A stretch of DNA of 64,000 nt, from NCBI GenBank assembly GCA_018655015.1, contig JABIKK010000011.1, forward strand, positions 111,736 through 175,735, written 5' to 3'. The DNA comes from Candidatus Woesearchaeota archaeon (GTDB lineage: Archaea; Nanobdellota; Nanobdellia; SCGC-AAA011-G17; UBA489). Of this stretch, positions 16,801 through 25,145 are shown piece by piece. The notes below the pieces were generated by a model. That model searched no databases. It saw nothing but the letters and a program-made list of their open reading frames with translations, and had not been told where the DNA came from. Position numbers and translations under genes: made by a program. Within the stretch, counting starts at the first letter, position 1; every line of letters begins with the position of its first letter.

Positions 16801-19761
16801 GTTACCCACAAATACTTTGTTATCATTTGGTAAGTAGGCTGACGATTGAGAATTATCTAATGTTGAAAGGTAATCACTATGGTCGGAATAACTTGGATCA
16901 GAGCGAAGTTCCCTAAACATCTCGGCATTTCTCTCTTCTACTGCAATTTGTAAGTTGGCTCTTTCTTCATCGGATAGTACATCACCTGAAGGATTCAATC
17001 TTTTTAATTCTTCATCATAGTTTTTATCTTCTTTTATAGCTACATAGGCATTAAGGTAATCCTTTGTGTTTTGGGAGCTTGAGTTTTGAATCATTCTCTT
17101 TTGAAGATACGCAAGATTTTCTAGTTGTACACTATTTTCTGGAGTTTTTTTAATACCACTCAGATCATCTGCATAACTATCTTTGGAAGCATATTCGTAT
17201 GCATCTTCAGTTTCTTTTAGAATTTGATTATATGCATCTTCGTTTTCAAAAACACATTCGTCCATGGCTAAACCTTGCCTTTTACATAACTCTCCTTGTT
17301 GTTCCCAGAATATCTCTGATGCTCTATCTTTTGCTCTACCTGAACCTGAACCAACCGTTGCCTTAAGGAAATTCCATGCAGCAATTGCAGTAAATACTCC
17401 GAAACAGAATTTCTTCCATGCCTCATGGATCTTTCCAACTTTTTCCAAAGTATCGTCTAACTTTAATAGCAATTTTTCTGTTTTGTCAATTTCTGATTCT
17501 ATTGAAGCTGAGAATAATGGTAGGTCGAATGCTCTTTTTTCAATTGGAATATGTAAATTAAATCTTGCCGCACTAAATGCTTTTTCGATATTTGGACTTA
17601 CAATTATATGTGCTTCATTGTGAAGTTCGACACCTTCAAGGATTACTAGTTGGGTTTTAGATGTGTCTTTGTTTTTTATTGGAATACTTAAACCATTTCT
17701 ATCGTCTCTTAAAATTGTCATATCACTCTTAAAAGTTTTATCTGTGGGAGAGAGAACTAAAGAGTTAGAATTTATCTTTTTAACAATCCAAGGTGAATAT
17801 CCTTCCATGAAAGGCATTGCTTCTCCCTCATGTAATGTATGTTTTTCTTTGGCTATGGATCCATCTGGCTTGTAAACCTTAACTGTTGCAGTTGATTTGC
17901 TCCCTTCTAGTTGATAATCTGTAACGCTTGAACCATCTAAGACTACAGTCACTAGTTCATCATTCTTTTCCTTCAGATCTATTTCGGCCTTAAGACTTTG
18001 TCCAGAAGGGTTTTTTATATATGCAGTTAGTAGGTCTACCCTACTTTGGATTTTAACAGGGGAAATTATTGATTCTGCTTCTGTTTTTTTGTCACCATTA
18101 TATGCTATAATCATTTCAAGTAATCTATTGTATTCTATTATTGCTTGATTATGATTTTTTAATTTCGCATGATAAATAACTGCTTTGTTATATTGTGCGT
18201 AGAACTCGGGGATTAAATTTTTGTCTCCACTTGCTGCACCCTCGTAACTAACTTCCGTGTCTCCATCTACTAAGGAAACTACGCTTGCATATTCGTCGGC
18301 AGATAGTTGGTAAAGTTCATTTGCTTTTTTATCATCGGGGATTGTTCCAAGAGAAAACTCTGCGGTTTGGTAAGTTTTCCAGTAAGTCCCTAGGAATTCA
18401 TTTAATCTTGCCCTTGCTAAATTGTGAATGATTTCAAAACTGCCATCTTTAGTTAACATCGCGGCAGTATCAGATTCTATTTGTGTAAGTAATGATTGCA
18501 TTGCTTTTGCATGTTCTTTTGAAACTGATGTAGGGTTCTCTTGAAATATATCTACACAGGGATTTAATGTTTTTAGTGCTGCATTGTAGTTGTCGGGTGT
18601 TGTTGCTGTACGAAGTTTTTCTTCTACATCTTTAACAGCAAAAGATAATTCACTTCCTTTTGCAATTGGTCCGCATCTCAGGACGAAGGTTCCAGTAATT
18701 CCCATGTTTTCATTTTTGGCAATAGGCAAGTCATCAAATTCAATCTCTCCCGCTGCAGACCTTACAGATATCGGAAATCCTGCAGTTTGTAGTCTGCCAC
18801 TAGGTGTCCTGAAATCTGCATGTAAATTATTGTCCCTTAGTTCTATTCTCTCTAAAGTTATTCCTGATCCAGGGTAGATTGATTCTCCTTCAGCTACAGT
18901 ATGTGTTTCTGGCACTCCGTCTCTAAGAACCATAATGTCTAAAGTTCTCCCACCAGATTTAATATCTTTAAGATAAACATTAAACTTGTCAAAAACCTGA
19001 CCTGGAGAATAAAACCTACTTCTCCTTAACGTTCTTGATTTTTTTCCTTTTTCTATTCTTAGATCATCTTCTATGAGATTACCATTGTTATCATAAATAT
19101 CAAATATTGCATAGTTAGAAGATATTTCTTCAGCTTCAATGTAGATGTTTAAATATTTTTGATTTTCCCTGTTGCTTCTTTCTATAGATTTTTCTCTAAT
19201 AACCATTTTTGTTGGGCTTTTTCCAATTCCTGAAGAAACATCAAACAAAACTCTTGAATCAACTTCGATTATGATTTCATCTGGAACATTAGATTCTTTT
19301 GGAATTCTTGCAATAGGGATTTGTAAGTAACCCATGTTATCATAGGTTAATGGTTGTGTTCTGTCTCTGAAGTATCTCGGTCTTCCAACTCTTACAGGCA
19401 GATCTTCTGGCACAGTTACAACATTGTATGAAAGAATATCTATGTCATGAATTTTTGGGACTGTGATAGCCGGATTACTTGGCGTTCCTGAAAGTATTGC
19501 ATATACTAATGCTCCCTGATCTTCTAAAATGCCTGTTCGGAGTATTGATGGTTGATACTCTTTTACGTTGATTATTATGTCTTCCCCTATTATGTCTGAA
19601 ACTGTTGGAGATTCTGTAAGACGTCTATCTAATTCATCCCCTATACTTCTTGCTTGGTCCCCTATATTTGTTTTAACTATTTGACCTGATGCTATTGGTA
19701 ACGTTAGCACTAGGAAAATCATAAACATTGAAATTAGTTTTTTAAGTTTCATTTTATTCAA
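13861..19761 (-). CDS. Giant secreted/surface protein (1966 aa) with N-terminal signal peptide
   Basis: Uninterrupted 5.9 kb ORF. N-terminus MNKMKLKKLISMFMIFLVLTLPIASGQ. A Cys-rich module lies around CVGTINRAKASNRDQVICNGIDY...CKLLFNACDPVLCPP, and CSDNPLCAEY...CEDPQC near the C-terminus. No TM outside the signal peptide. Confidence 0.6.
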   Translation of the reverse strand: MNKMKLKKLISMFMIFLVLTLPIASGQIVKTNIGDQARSIGDELDRRLTESPTVSDIIGEDIIINVKEYQPSILRTGILEDQGALVYAILSGTPSNPAITVPKIHDIDILSYNVVTVPEDLPVRVGRPRYFRDRTQPLTYDNMGYLQIPIARIPKESNVPDEIIIEVDSRVLFDVSSGIGKSPTKMVIREKSIERSNRENQKYLNIYIEAEEISSNYAIFDIYDNNGNLIEDDLRIEKGKKSRTLRRSRFYSPGQVFDKFNVYLKDIKSGGRTLDIMVLRDGVPETHTVAEGESIYPGSGITLERIELRDNNLHADFRTPSGRLQTAGFPISVRSAAGEIEFDDLPIAKNENMGITGTFVLRCGPIAKGSELSFAVKDVEEKLRTATTPDNYNAALKTLNPCVDIFQENPTSVSKEHAKAMQSLLTQIESDTAAMLTKDGSFEIIHNLARARLNEFLGTYWKTYQTAEFSLGTIPDDKKANELYQLSADEYASVVSLVDGDTEVSYEGAASGDKNLIPEFYAQYNKAVIYHAKLKNHNQAIIEYNRLLEMIIAYNGDKKTEAESIISPVKIQSRVDLLTAYIKNPSGQSLKAEIDLKEKNDELVTVVLDGSSVTDYQLEGSKSTATVKVYKPDGSIAKEKHTLHEGEAMPFMEGYSPWIVKKINSNSLVLSPTDKTFKSDMTILRDDRNGLSIPIKNKDTSKTQLVILEGVELHNEAHIIVSPNIEKAFSAARFNLHIPIEKRAFDLPLFSASIESEIDKTEKLLLKLDDTLEKVGKIHEAWKKFCFGVFTAIAAWNFLKATVGSGSGRAKDRASEIFWEQQGELCKRQGLAMDECVFENEDAYNQILKETEDAYEYASKDSYADDLSGIKKTPENSVQLENLAYLQKRMIQNSSSQNTKDYLNAYVAIKEDKNYDEELKRLNPSGDVLSDEERANLQIAVEERNAEMFRELRSDPSYSDHSDYLSTLDNSQSSAYLPNDNKVFVGNLAKFKLDPGDSQLSQNVEEMWIERKTGELKIKHPDWAPQKIEEEANVAVLLARSRTNYAYPSPKGGLILFGSNEPDATSLLSPDGETYTLSSTSVEQRVKHIPKVTYYTDGPNAGKIHRMTIDATHYAEVDYTSGGRMLEPRIFGRINPNEEIRADDTEFGGNSLSATTEKWNKEGKNTADLKKVESCVGTINRAKASNRDQVICNGIDYAIRNDPITKGPSCVEFYSPTECKLLFNACDPVLCPPSRFDLGGTWKVDNVAETGIIGSTILGLHNWGIPGTDIGFDGGQVVMPVCITGIYAGLQNIRTVLMEYSDCLKRSLVDDESVGICDMLRSYYICDVLWKEAIAIFNIKSGLVGTILNKIHDNEGSEYTDFDASMDQSINGLKFFTQDYAKNTFAQFSGGALPEIGAEVCKSAVYGKVPGVGSFTDRLMQPESPPQFTAIMDVVPYSDIPFPPQSTYKVYYRMYAGANEPLSFSVYLKHQSIDGQSGLPIAWLVRNKRLTPDAFSSENIDFNAPEGYNQVCMAYSSPTYGVREECGFGKTTSGFAANWVAQKMAEKEAGQAEIQTAEQCNPSGSSLSGPYTNAATKTGAVVAGGFSSGLLDTGITRVCSTFVPGDDADWKEVGECWEGPKPNEGRNLGFCWLHLPSAKNIVTEYSVNKDIDWNNFTKTLPNATQGAVDRINDYVKKLGLKSVYLTTEDIKDAKERIKSAISTDEYEKAINIYIDVIDNNGLADPKVQIELRLGLADLYRTLAVSTENKQISSDTNNNQQTNPSQPPSLSHSSMNEDPGESKASFCSDNPLCAEYVDQNLGFCEDPQCIVYARGTCKLLRAENECSIYDSFPGRITFNLRYDPQNNVIAIRSYPQSENLMIESIFRELRLRDKEVDYKFIFFDPSNLELKAVIEKNGQAIVMRSADTGSTTMEITPSEMKNEGMTSGDYGLMILVYGLDDAGAKESVVTDQIDTSKLLGEKLTINL

Positions 19762-21736
19762 ATGTTGGATTCCTCATTTTTTTACTAAATTGTCCTTGAC
19801 TCGTATAAACATTATTTAATTCTTCAAATGATGTCGGTGTTTTCCCCCTATAAGAGTATAGTGCAATTTTATTTGAAGTAGCCAATACTCTTCGATCTAC
19901 ATTCCATGATGTTGATCCCCCTCCAGCTACAACTGAGTCTAATTCAATTGGATCAATTTTTTGTTGCGTACATTTAGTTTCTGTTAATCCAACAATGCCA
20001 CCAATGCCCCTCTTTGGAACTTCTGAACAAATTTCTATTTCTCTTTCTGGGAAATTAAAACCGCCAGATGTTTCAACCATCAATGTTGATGATACTTTGT
20101 AATTACCTGCGACCAATTTTAACTTTTCATTTGAAGGATAGTAGTAAGTAGTAAAATATTCTTTGTCTTCATTCTCAAATTGGAATAGTATGCTTTCTGT
20201 GTCATAAGGAGATCTTAGTATCCCTTCATCATCAATTATTATTTCAACAGGTAATGCGTAATAAGGCTCCAATGGGACGTTAACCATTCCTTCTTGGTTA
20301 GTATCTACTTCAAAACTAGATGTGTGATATCCTTGTTTAGATGCAATCATTTTTCCACCAATACATTGTGGGAATTGGGTTGTTAGTGAGTATGTGCTTC
20401 CTTCTTGCCTGGTTCTACCGGATTCACATTCGGTGAAAACGCACTGTAATGAAATGTCTGCACCATCTAATGGGACAGATGACCCATCTGCAGCTATACC
20501 TAATGCTGTAACTTTTAGAGTTGTGTCCTTTCTTTCACATATTCCAGGATCGTCTTCAAATTGTGGAACTAAGAATTGATTTTTCTTAGCTTGATTATTA
20601 TCAATCACTGCAACGAAAGGAAATTGGAAAGTGTAATCTTCCTCAGTTAAGGTTGCAAGCACTGGGAATTTTAGGTCATACACAAAATGATAATCATTTA
20701 AACAAAATAGAGGGAGTAAAAATCTTGCTGCTTCGTTTTCTGATGTGAAAGGTTTACCCCTTAGTAGTTCTGAATCTGTTCCAATGACGTCCATCATAAA
20801 TGGCCAGGAAGGGGATGAGATTAATGAAACCGTTAGGTCTTTTTCTTTTTTCTTAAATGTGTCATGTATTAATTGTTCATCTTTTCTATCCGTTATCCTA
20901 AAGTCTGTTCCTTCTATCTTTAATGTAGGAATATTTAATGCTAAGATGGATTTTAGGTCTTGAGCTACTTGTGTTTTCAACCAGGTTCTTGGAGTACATT
21001 CAAAGTCTACGCCTGAGAAAGGAATTTCATCGTAAACAACCATTGTTTCTAATGTGAAGTTTTCAACGAAACCAGTTCTAGTTTCATACTCGAAGAGTTC
21101 TAAGGCACGAGAGTATAATCTGCCTAACGGTACATTTGAAATTGTTCTGAACTTTGTGAAGGTTTGTGCAGTTTCCTTATATTTAACTTCTAGAAGCATT
21201 GAAACATCCGCTATTACTGCCTCATTCCCAATTTCAATTTCAATCTCTGGAGAATTGTGTTCTATAATGTAGCCTTCACTTTTGAATATAGTGTAATCAT
21301 TTAAACAAGAATCTAATTCTGACTCCATGAATTGTTCTAACTCAGTTTCCATTTCTTGTTTTGAAGGTACTTGTGTTTTTTCTAGATTATTTTGTGTTAA
21401 GAATGACCAGTAGGGAACAGTTAATCCATCATTACCAAAGATGCTTAATCTATTTGTTAATGGGTTATATGCTGTTGGAGGAAAGTCTCCTTCAGGCGTT
21501 ATTATATGTCCACCCTTTAATCCAAGTTCTGCAGTTCCATCATCTAAGGATTGTTGTAAGCAATCATTTGTAAAAGAATGTACTTTTTCTATTTGACTTA
21601 TTGTTGGTTGCTCTGATAAAGTTTCTTTTTTTAGTGAATCGAAAATTTGTTCTCTAAAGTATACTCCGGTTATTACTGCTGCAAGTATTACTATTCCTGC
21701 AATTATGAAAGCTGTAGCTTGGGCCTTTTTATTCAT
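19754..21736 (-). CDS. Membrane-anchored extracellular protein (660 aa) with an N-terminal signal-anchor
   Basis: N-terminus MNKKAQATAFIIAGIVILAAVITGVYF, then a soluble Cys-containing region. Its stop overlaps the start of the giant gene by 8 nt. Confidence 0.5.
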   Translation of the reverse strand: MNKKAQATAFIIAGIVILAAVITGVYFREQIFDSLKKETLSEQPTISQIEKVHSFTNDCLQQSLDDGTAELGLKGGHIITPEGDFPPTAYNPLTNRLSIFGNDGLTVPYWSFLTQNNLEKTQVPSKQEMETELEQFMESELDSCLNDYTIFKSEGYIIEHNSPEIEIEIGNEAVIADVSMLLEVKYKETAQTFTKFRTISNVPLGRLYSRALELFEYETRTGFVENFTLETMVVYDEIPFSGVDFECTPRTWLKTQVAQDLKSILALNIPTLKIEGTDFRITDRKDEQLIHDTFKKKEKDLTVSLISSPSWPFMMDVIGTDSELLRGKPFTSENEAARFLLPLFCLNDYHFVYDLKFPVLATLTEEDYTFQFPFVAVIDNNQAKKNQFLVPQFEDDPGICERKDTTLKVTALGIAADGSSVPLDGADISLQCVFTECESGRTRQEGSTYSLTTQFPQCIGGKMIASKQGYHTSSFEVDTNQEGMVNVPLEPYYALPVEIIIDDEGILRSPYDTESILFQFENEDKEYFTTYYYPSNEKLKLVAGNYKVSSTLMVETSGGFNFPEREIEICSEVPKRGIGGIVGLTETKCTQQKIDPIELDSVVAGGGSTSWNVDRRVLATSNKIALYSYRGKTPTSFEELNNVYTSQGQFSKKMRNPTFE

Positions 21737-21918
21737 TTTAATAGAACTAACTTAGACCCTCCCAATTTTTTTACCCGAAGAACTTTCTTTGTTTCTAAAG
21801 AAGCGATTAAATCAGAAACTGTAGTGTTTTGTATTTTGAAATGCTTAGCAATCATACTGAAGTTAACTAGGCCTTTTTTCTTAATGAAGGATATTAATTC
21901 TTTTTCCGTTGGAAACAC
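21733..21918 (-). CDS. Small winged-helix DNA-binding protein (61 aa), first gene of the operon
   Basis: LISFIKKKGLVNFSMIAKHFKIQNTTVSDLIASLETKKVLRVKK looks like a wHTH (FeoC/MarR-like). It overlaps the downstream start by 4 nt. Confidence 0.4.
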   Translation of the reverse strand: MFPTEKELISFIKKKGLVNFSMIAKHFKIQNTTVSDLIASLETKKVLRVKKLGGSKLVLLK

Positions 21919-22058
21919 TCTTTAAAACCTCTTTTTAGTCTAAAAAGCTTGAAAACGTCTTTGTTTAATTTTAAAAGCCTTTAAACAAGTATTTTATCTT
22001 AGCGATTCATATATAAATGTTTTGGGGTTTGTCCTACAGATAAAATAGGGAACAAAAA

Positions 22059-23222
22059 ATGTCTTTACCAGATTATAATGGTGGAAATCTCATAAACTTA
22101 ATGAGTTCTTTGGAAAAAGGCATGGGGGGAAGTTCGAAATATCCTCATTTGACTCTGCTTAAACCTTCGGAGATTAGTGGTTACAAGAATGTTATTCTCT
22201 TGATCATAGATGGTCTTGGGTATAATTATATTTTGAAAAAAGGAGGTAGTGGATTTCTTAAGAACAATCTGAGAGGGAAACTAACTACTGTTTTTCCAGC
22301 AGTTACTAGTTCTGCAATCCCTTCCATTCTTAGTGGAAGGTCACCTCAGGAAAATGGCATGGCTGGTTGGCACATTTATCTGGATGAACTTGATGAAATA
22401 ATCATTTCGCTACGTTATATTTATACAAAGAATAAGAAAGCAATTTTGGGCAAAAAAAATAGCATAGACAAGATTTTTAAGTTTGATCCCATGGGAGACA
22501 GGATAAAAAGAGATTCATTTATTGTCCAAAGTAATAAAATTATTAATTCTGATTTTAGTGTTTCTTCAGGAGGAAATTCAAAAAGGATAGGGTTCAAAGA
22601 TATTAAAGGATGTTTTAAGAATCTTGAAAAAGTTATTAAGTCAAGTAGTAAAAAGAAATATATTTATGGGTATTGGATGGATTTTGATTCAATGTGTCAT
22701 GACCATGGCGTCATTAGTAAAGAAGTTCATAATCACTATAGAGATTTGGATGAAAAGATATCTTTGTTTGTCGATTCAATTAAAGGAACCGATAGTCTTG
22801 TGGTAATTACTTCTGACCATGGAATGATAGATGTTCCAAAGAAGAAAGTTATAACTGTTGGAGACCACCCTGAACTTCAAGAGATGTTAGCACTCCCATT
22901 GTGCGGAGATTTTAGATTTGCTTTTTGTTATGTTAAACCTGGAATGCAAAAAAAGTTTAAGAAATATGTTAAAGATAATTTAAAACATTGTTGTGAAATT
23001 TATGAAAGTAAAACTCTTCAGAAAAAGGGAGTTTTTGGTAGTTTTAAACCCCATAAGAAATTCTTAAACAGAATAGGTGACTATACCATTATTATGAATG
23101 AGAATTATGCAATTTACAACTATTCTTTGGAAAAAGGTGAGAGTCATAATCTTGGAGACCATGGGGGCCTTTCAGAAGATGAAATGCATATTCCCCTAAT
23201 AGTTATTGATCCGGATAAATGA
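22059..23222 (+). CDS. Alkaline-phosphatase-superfamily metalloenzyme (apgM/phosphopentomutase/PglZ-like); exact family uncertain
   Basis: A metal-binding DGLG motif (ILLIIDGLGYNY) and the TSDHGM motif. 387 aa. Confidence 0.5.
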   Translation: MSLPDYNGGNLINLMSSLEKGMGGSSKYPHLTLLKPSEISGYKNVILLIIDGLGYNYILKKGGSGFLKNNLRGKLTTVFPAVTSSAIPSILSGRSPQENGMAGWHIYLDELDEIIISLRYIYTKNKKAILGKKNSIDKIFKFDPMGDRIKRDSFIVQSNKIINSDFSVSSGGNSKRIGFKDIKGCFKNLEKVIKSSSKKKYIYGYWMDFDSMCHDHGVISKEVHNHYRDLDEKISLFVDSIKGTDSLVVITSDHGMIDVPKKKVITVGDHPELQEMLALPLCGDFRFAFCYVKPGMQKKFKKYVKDNLKHCCEIYESKTLQKKGVFGSFKPHKKFLNRIGDYTIIMNENYAIYNYSLEKGESHNLGDHGGLSEDEMHIPLIVIDPDK

Positions 23223-23231
23223 GCTAGATGA

Positions 23232-23702
23232 TTATTTGACTATCTTTGATTTTATGTTTATCACAACTGACCAAATAACTGCAATAATTATTGCCCAGTT
23301 AGAAAAACTAGAAACTTCTTGATAGCCTTCTATCCCTCTAAGATATACTTTTGTGATTATTGCGGCAACCAAAATCACAAAAAGAATTTTGTAGGTCTTA
23401 GGGTATCTTTGATTTTTAACATAGGATTTCTGTTTTTTTGCAATCTTCCATTCATTGAATGTTTTCTTTCCACTGATTATGTAGACTACTATAAGCCAAA
23501 TGACTCCGATTAATCCAATTATTAAGCCAAAATTATTTAATAAATAGTCCTTGTCAGACAAATAAGAAAGTTGTGAAGTTTTTGTTAAAATCCCACCACC
23601 AATAAAAATAAATATTAAGGGTAGTATTCCAATTTTTATTAAATGGAGTCTCTTTTTGATAACACTCCAAATGTCAATAGTTATTGGTTTCTTCTTCCCC
23701 AT
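23232..23702 (-). CDS. Hypothetical membrane protein (156 aa, about 4 TM)
   Basis: Hydrophobic ORF with no motif. Confidence 0.35.
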   Translation of the reverse strand: MGKKKPITIDIWSVIKKRLHLIKIGILPLIFIFIGGGILTKTSQLSYLSDKDYLLNNFGLIIGLIGVIWLIVVYIISGKKTFNEWKIAKKQKSYVKNQRYPKTYKILFVILVAAIITKVYLRGIEGYQEVSSFSNWAIIIAVIWSVVINIKSKIVK

Positions 23703-23760
23703 AACCTTAGTAAATAGTTATTCTTTAAAAATTTAACTAGAATTCTAAATGATCTATCGA

Positions 23761-23832
23761 TGAGCCCGGCAGGGATCGAACCTGCGACCTCTTCCAAGTC
23801 AGGGAAACGTCATACCACTAGACCACGGGCTC
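23761..23832 (-). tRNA. tRNA-Val (anticodon GAC)
   Basis: The reverse complement GAGCCCGTGGTCTAGTGGTATGACGTTTCCCTGACTTGGAAGAGGTCGCAGGTTCGATCCCTGCCGGGCTC(A) folds as a cloverleaf. Anticodon arm is TTTCC/CTGACTT/GGAAG, with an unusual U at position 37. Confidence 0.75.
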
Positions 23833-24444
23833 TTTTCTTAAGAATTTTAATATTTCTTCTACTGATTCTTCAACTTCTTTTCCCGTATCAAACTTTGTAA
23901 CTTTATTTCCAAAGAAATCTAAAACCGGTTCGGTTTGTTTTTTGTAAACTTTTAATCTGTCACGAATAACTTCTTCTTTATCGTCTTCTCTTTGAATTAA
24001 ATCTCCTTCGCAACCATCACATTTGTTTTCAACTTTTGGCCTTTGACCTTTTAGATTGTAAATATGTTTACAGTCTTGACACATTAATCTATTTCCTAAA
24101 CGATCAACTAAAGTATTTTCATGACAATCAAAGAATAAAACGTGTTCTGGAATATCCATACCTTTGGCTTGTTCCATTGTTCTTGGAAAGCCATCTAAAA
24201 TAAAACCAATTTTACAATCGTCTTCTTCTAATCTCTTCTTTAGTAATTTAATTGTAAGAGAATCTGGAACTAAGTTTCCAAAATCTATGAAACTTTTAAT
24301 TTCATCTGCATGCTCCGTTTTATTTTCTAGATGATGTCTAAAAATATCGCCCGTACTAATGTGGGGTAAATCTAAGTGCTTAGCCATATGCTTAGCTCTA
24401 GTTCCTTTTCCAGATCCTGGTCCGCCAATTAATACTATTTTCAT
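23818..24444 (-). CDS. adk: Adenylate kinase (archaeal long form with zinc-finger lid)
   Basis: P-loop MKIVLIGGPGSGKGT and a Cys4 lid CQDCKH...CDGCEG. The start was moved to the internal ATG because the track's N-terminal extension runs into the tRNA-Thr gene. Confidence 0.85.
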   Translation of the reverse strand: MKIVLIGGPGSGKGTRAKHMAKHLDLPHISTGDIFRHHLENKTEHADEIKSFIDFGNLVPDSLTIKLLKKRLEEDDCKIGFILDGFPRTMEQAKGMDIPEHVLFFDCHENTLVDRLGNRLMCQDCKHIYNLKGQRPKVENKCDGCEGDLIQREDDKEEVIRDRLKVYKKQTEPVLDFFGNKVTKFDTGKEVEESVEEILKFLRKEPVV

Positions 24445-24449
24445 TATGA

Positions 24450-24522
24450 AAGCCACCGAAGGGACTTGAACCCTCAACCTGTGCTTTACAAGAGCACTGC
24501 TCTACCATTGAGCCACGGTGGC
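24450..24522 (-). tRNA. tRNA-Thr (anticodon UGU)
   Basis: The reverse complement GCCACCGTGGCTCAATGGTAGAGCAGTGCTCTTGTAAAGCACAGGTTGAGGGTTCAAGTCCCTTCGGTGGCT folds as a cloverleaf. Anticodon arm is GTGCT/CTTGTAA/AGCAC. Confidence 0.85.
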
Positions 24523-24569
24523 GATAGCTAGTTGCTGATAAAATCTTTTAAAAACATTTCTAAGTAGAA

Positions 24570-24674
24570 CTATTTGTTAGCTTTACGCTTTCTCTTCTCT
24601 TTATTCATCTTTTTACGTTGCCACTTCCAACGCATTTGGTGTCTTTTTTTCCATCTCGAAGAGCTTCTTTTCAT
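24570..24674 (-). CDS. rpl41e: Ribosomal protein eL41 (L41e) mini-ORF, 34 aa. It is absent from the ORF track because it is under 60 aa.
   Basis: Minus-strand translation MKRSSSRWKKRHQMRWKWQRKKMNKEKRKRKANK. The RWKKK...MRWKW core resembles eukaryotic and archaeal eL41 (MRAKWRKKRMRRLKRKRRK). Confidence 0.55.
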   Translation of the reverse strand: MKRSSSRWKKRHQMRWKWQRKKMNKEKRKRKANK

Positions 24675-24753
24675 GTGTATCGTATAGCTGAATTTCGGCT
24701 TTTAAAGGTTTTGGTGGGGTTTAGAATAGGTTTTTATATTTTGGAGGTATAAT

Positions 24754-25125
24754 GTGTCTATGGACGTTTTAACGTTAGTTTTGATGGGAATAGTTTTGAT
24801 ATTATTATTGCTCCTTTGGTTAAAAAGGAAGGAGCTCATTGTGTTGAGAGGATTGCATGAAGAGTTGAGATTTTCTCATAAATCTAATGTTGTGAAACAT
24901 GGAAAGTCATTTGAACAGTTATTTCCTTTTATGAGTTCATTTCCATACGATGTGAACAATTTTAGATTTATTGGATCTCCAATCGATGGAATCAGTTTTG
25001 AAGATGATGCAATTGTATTTGTCGAGTTTAAAACTGGAAGTTCAAGCCTATCTAAAAAACAGAGAAAGATAAGAGATTTAGTTAATTCTAAGAAAATTAA
25101 ATGGAAAGAAATAAGGGATGAATAA
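24754..25125 (+). CDS. Membrane-anchored Hjc-like PD-(D/E)XK nuclease-fold protein
   Basis: N-terminal TM helix (VLTLVLMGIVLILLLLLWL). Then GSPIDGISFEDDAIVFVEFKTGSSSLSKKQRKIRDL, giving the D ... ExK spacing and the 'S..LS..Q' region typical of archaeal Holliday-junction resolvase Hjc. Confidence 0.45.
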   Translation: MSMDVLTLVLMGIVLILLLLLWLKRKELIVLRGLHEELRFSHKSNVVKHGKSFEQLFPFMSSFPYDVNNFRFIGSPIDGISFEDDAIVFVEFKTGSSSLSKKQRKIRDLVNSKKIKWKEIRDE

Positions 25126-25145
25126 AAAAGGAAAAAGATGAAGAA

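Noticed and set aside
14325-18877. Multiple 60-120-aa plus-strand ORFs inside the giant gene
   Set aside because: All are antisense to a continuous 5.9-kb ORF with protein-like composition. None has a start context or any sign of conservation.
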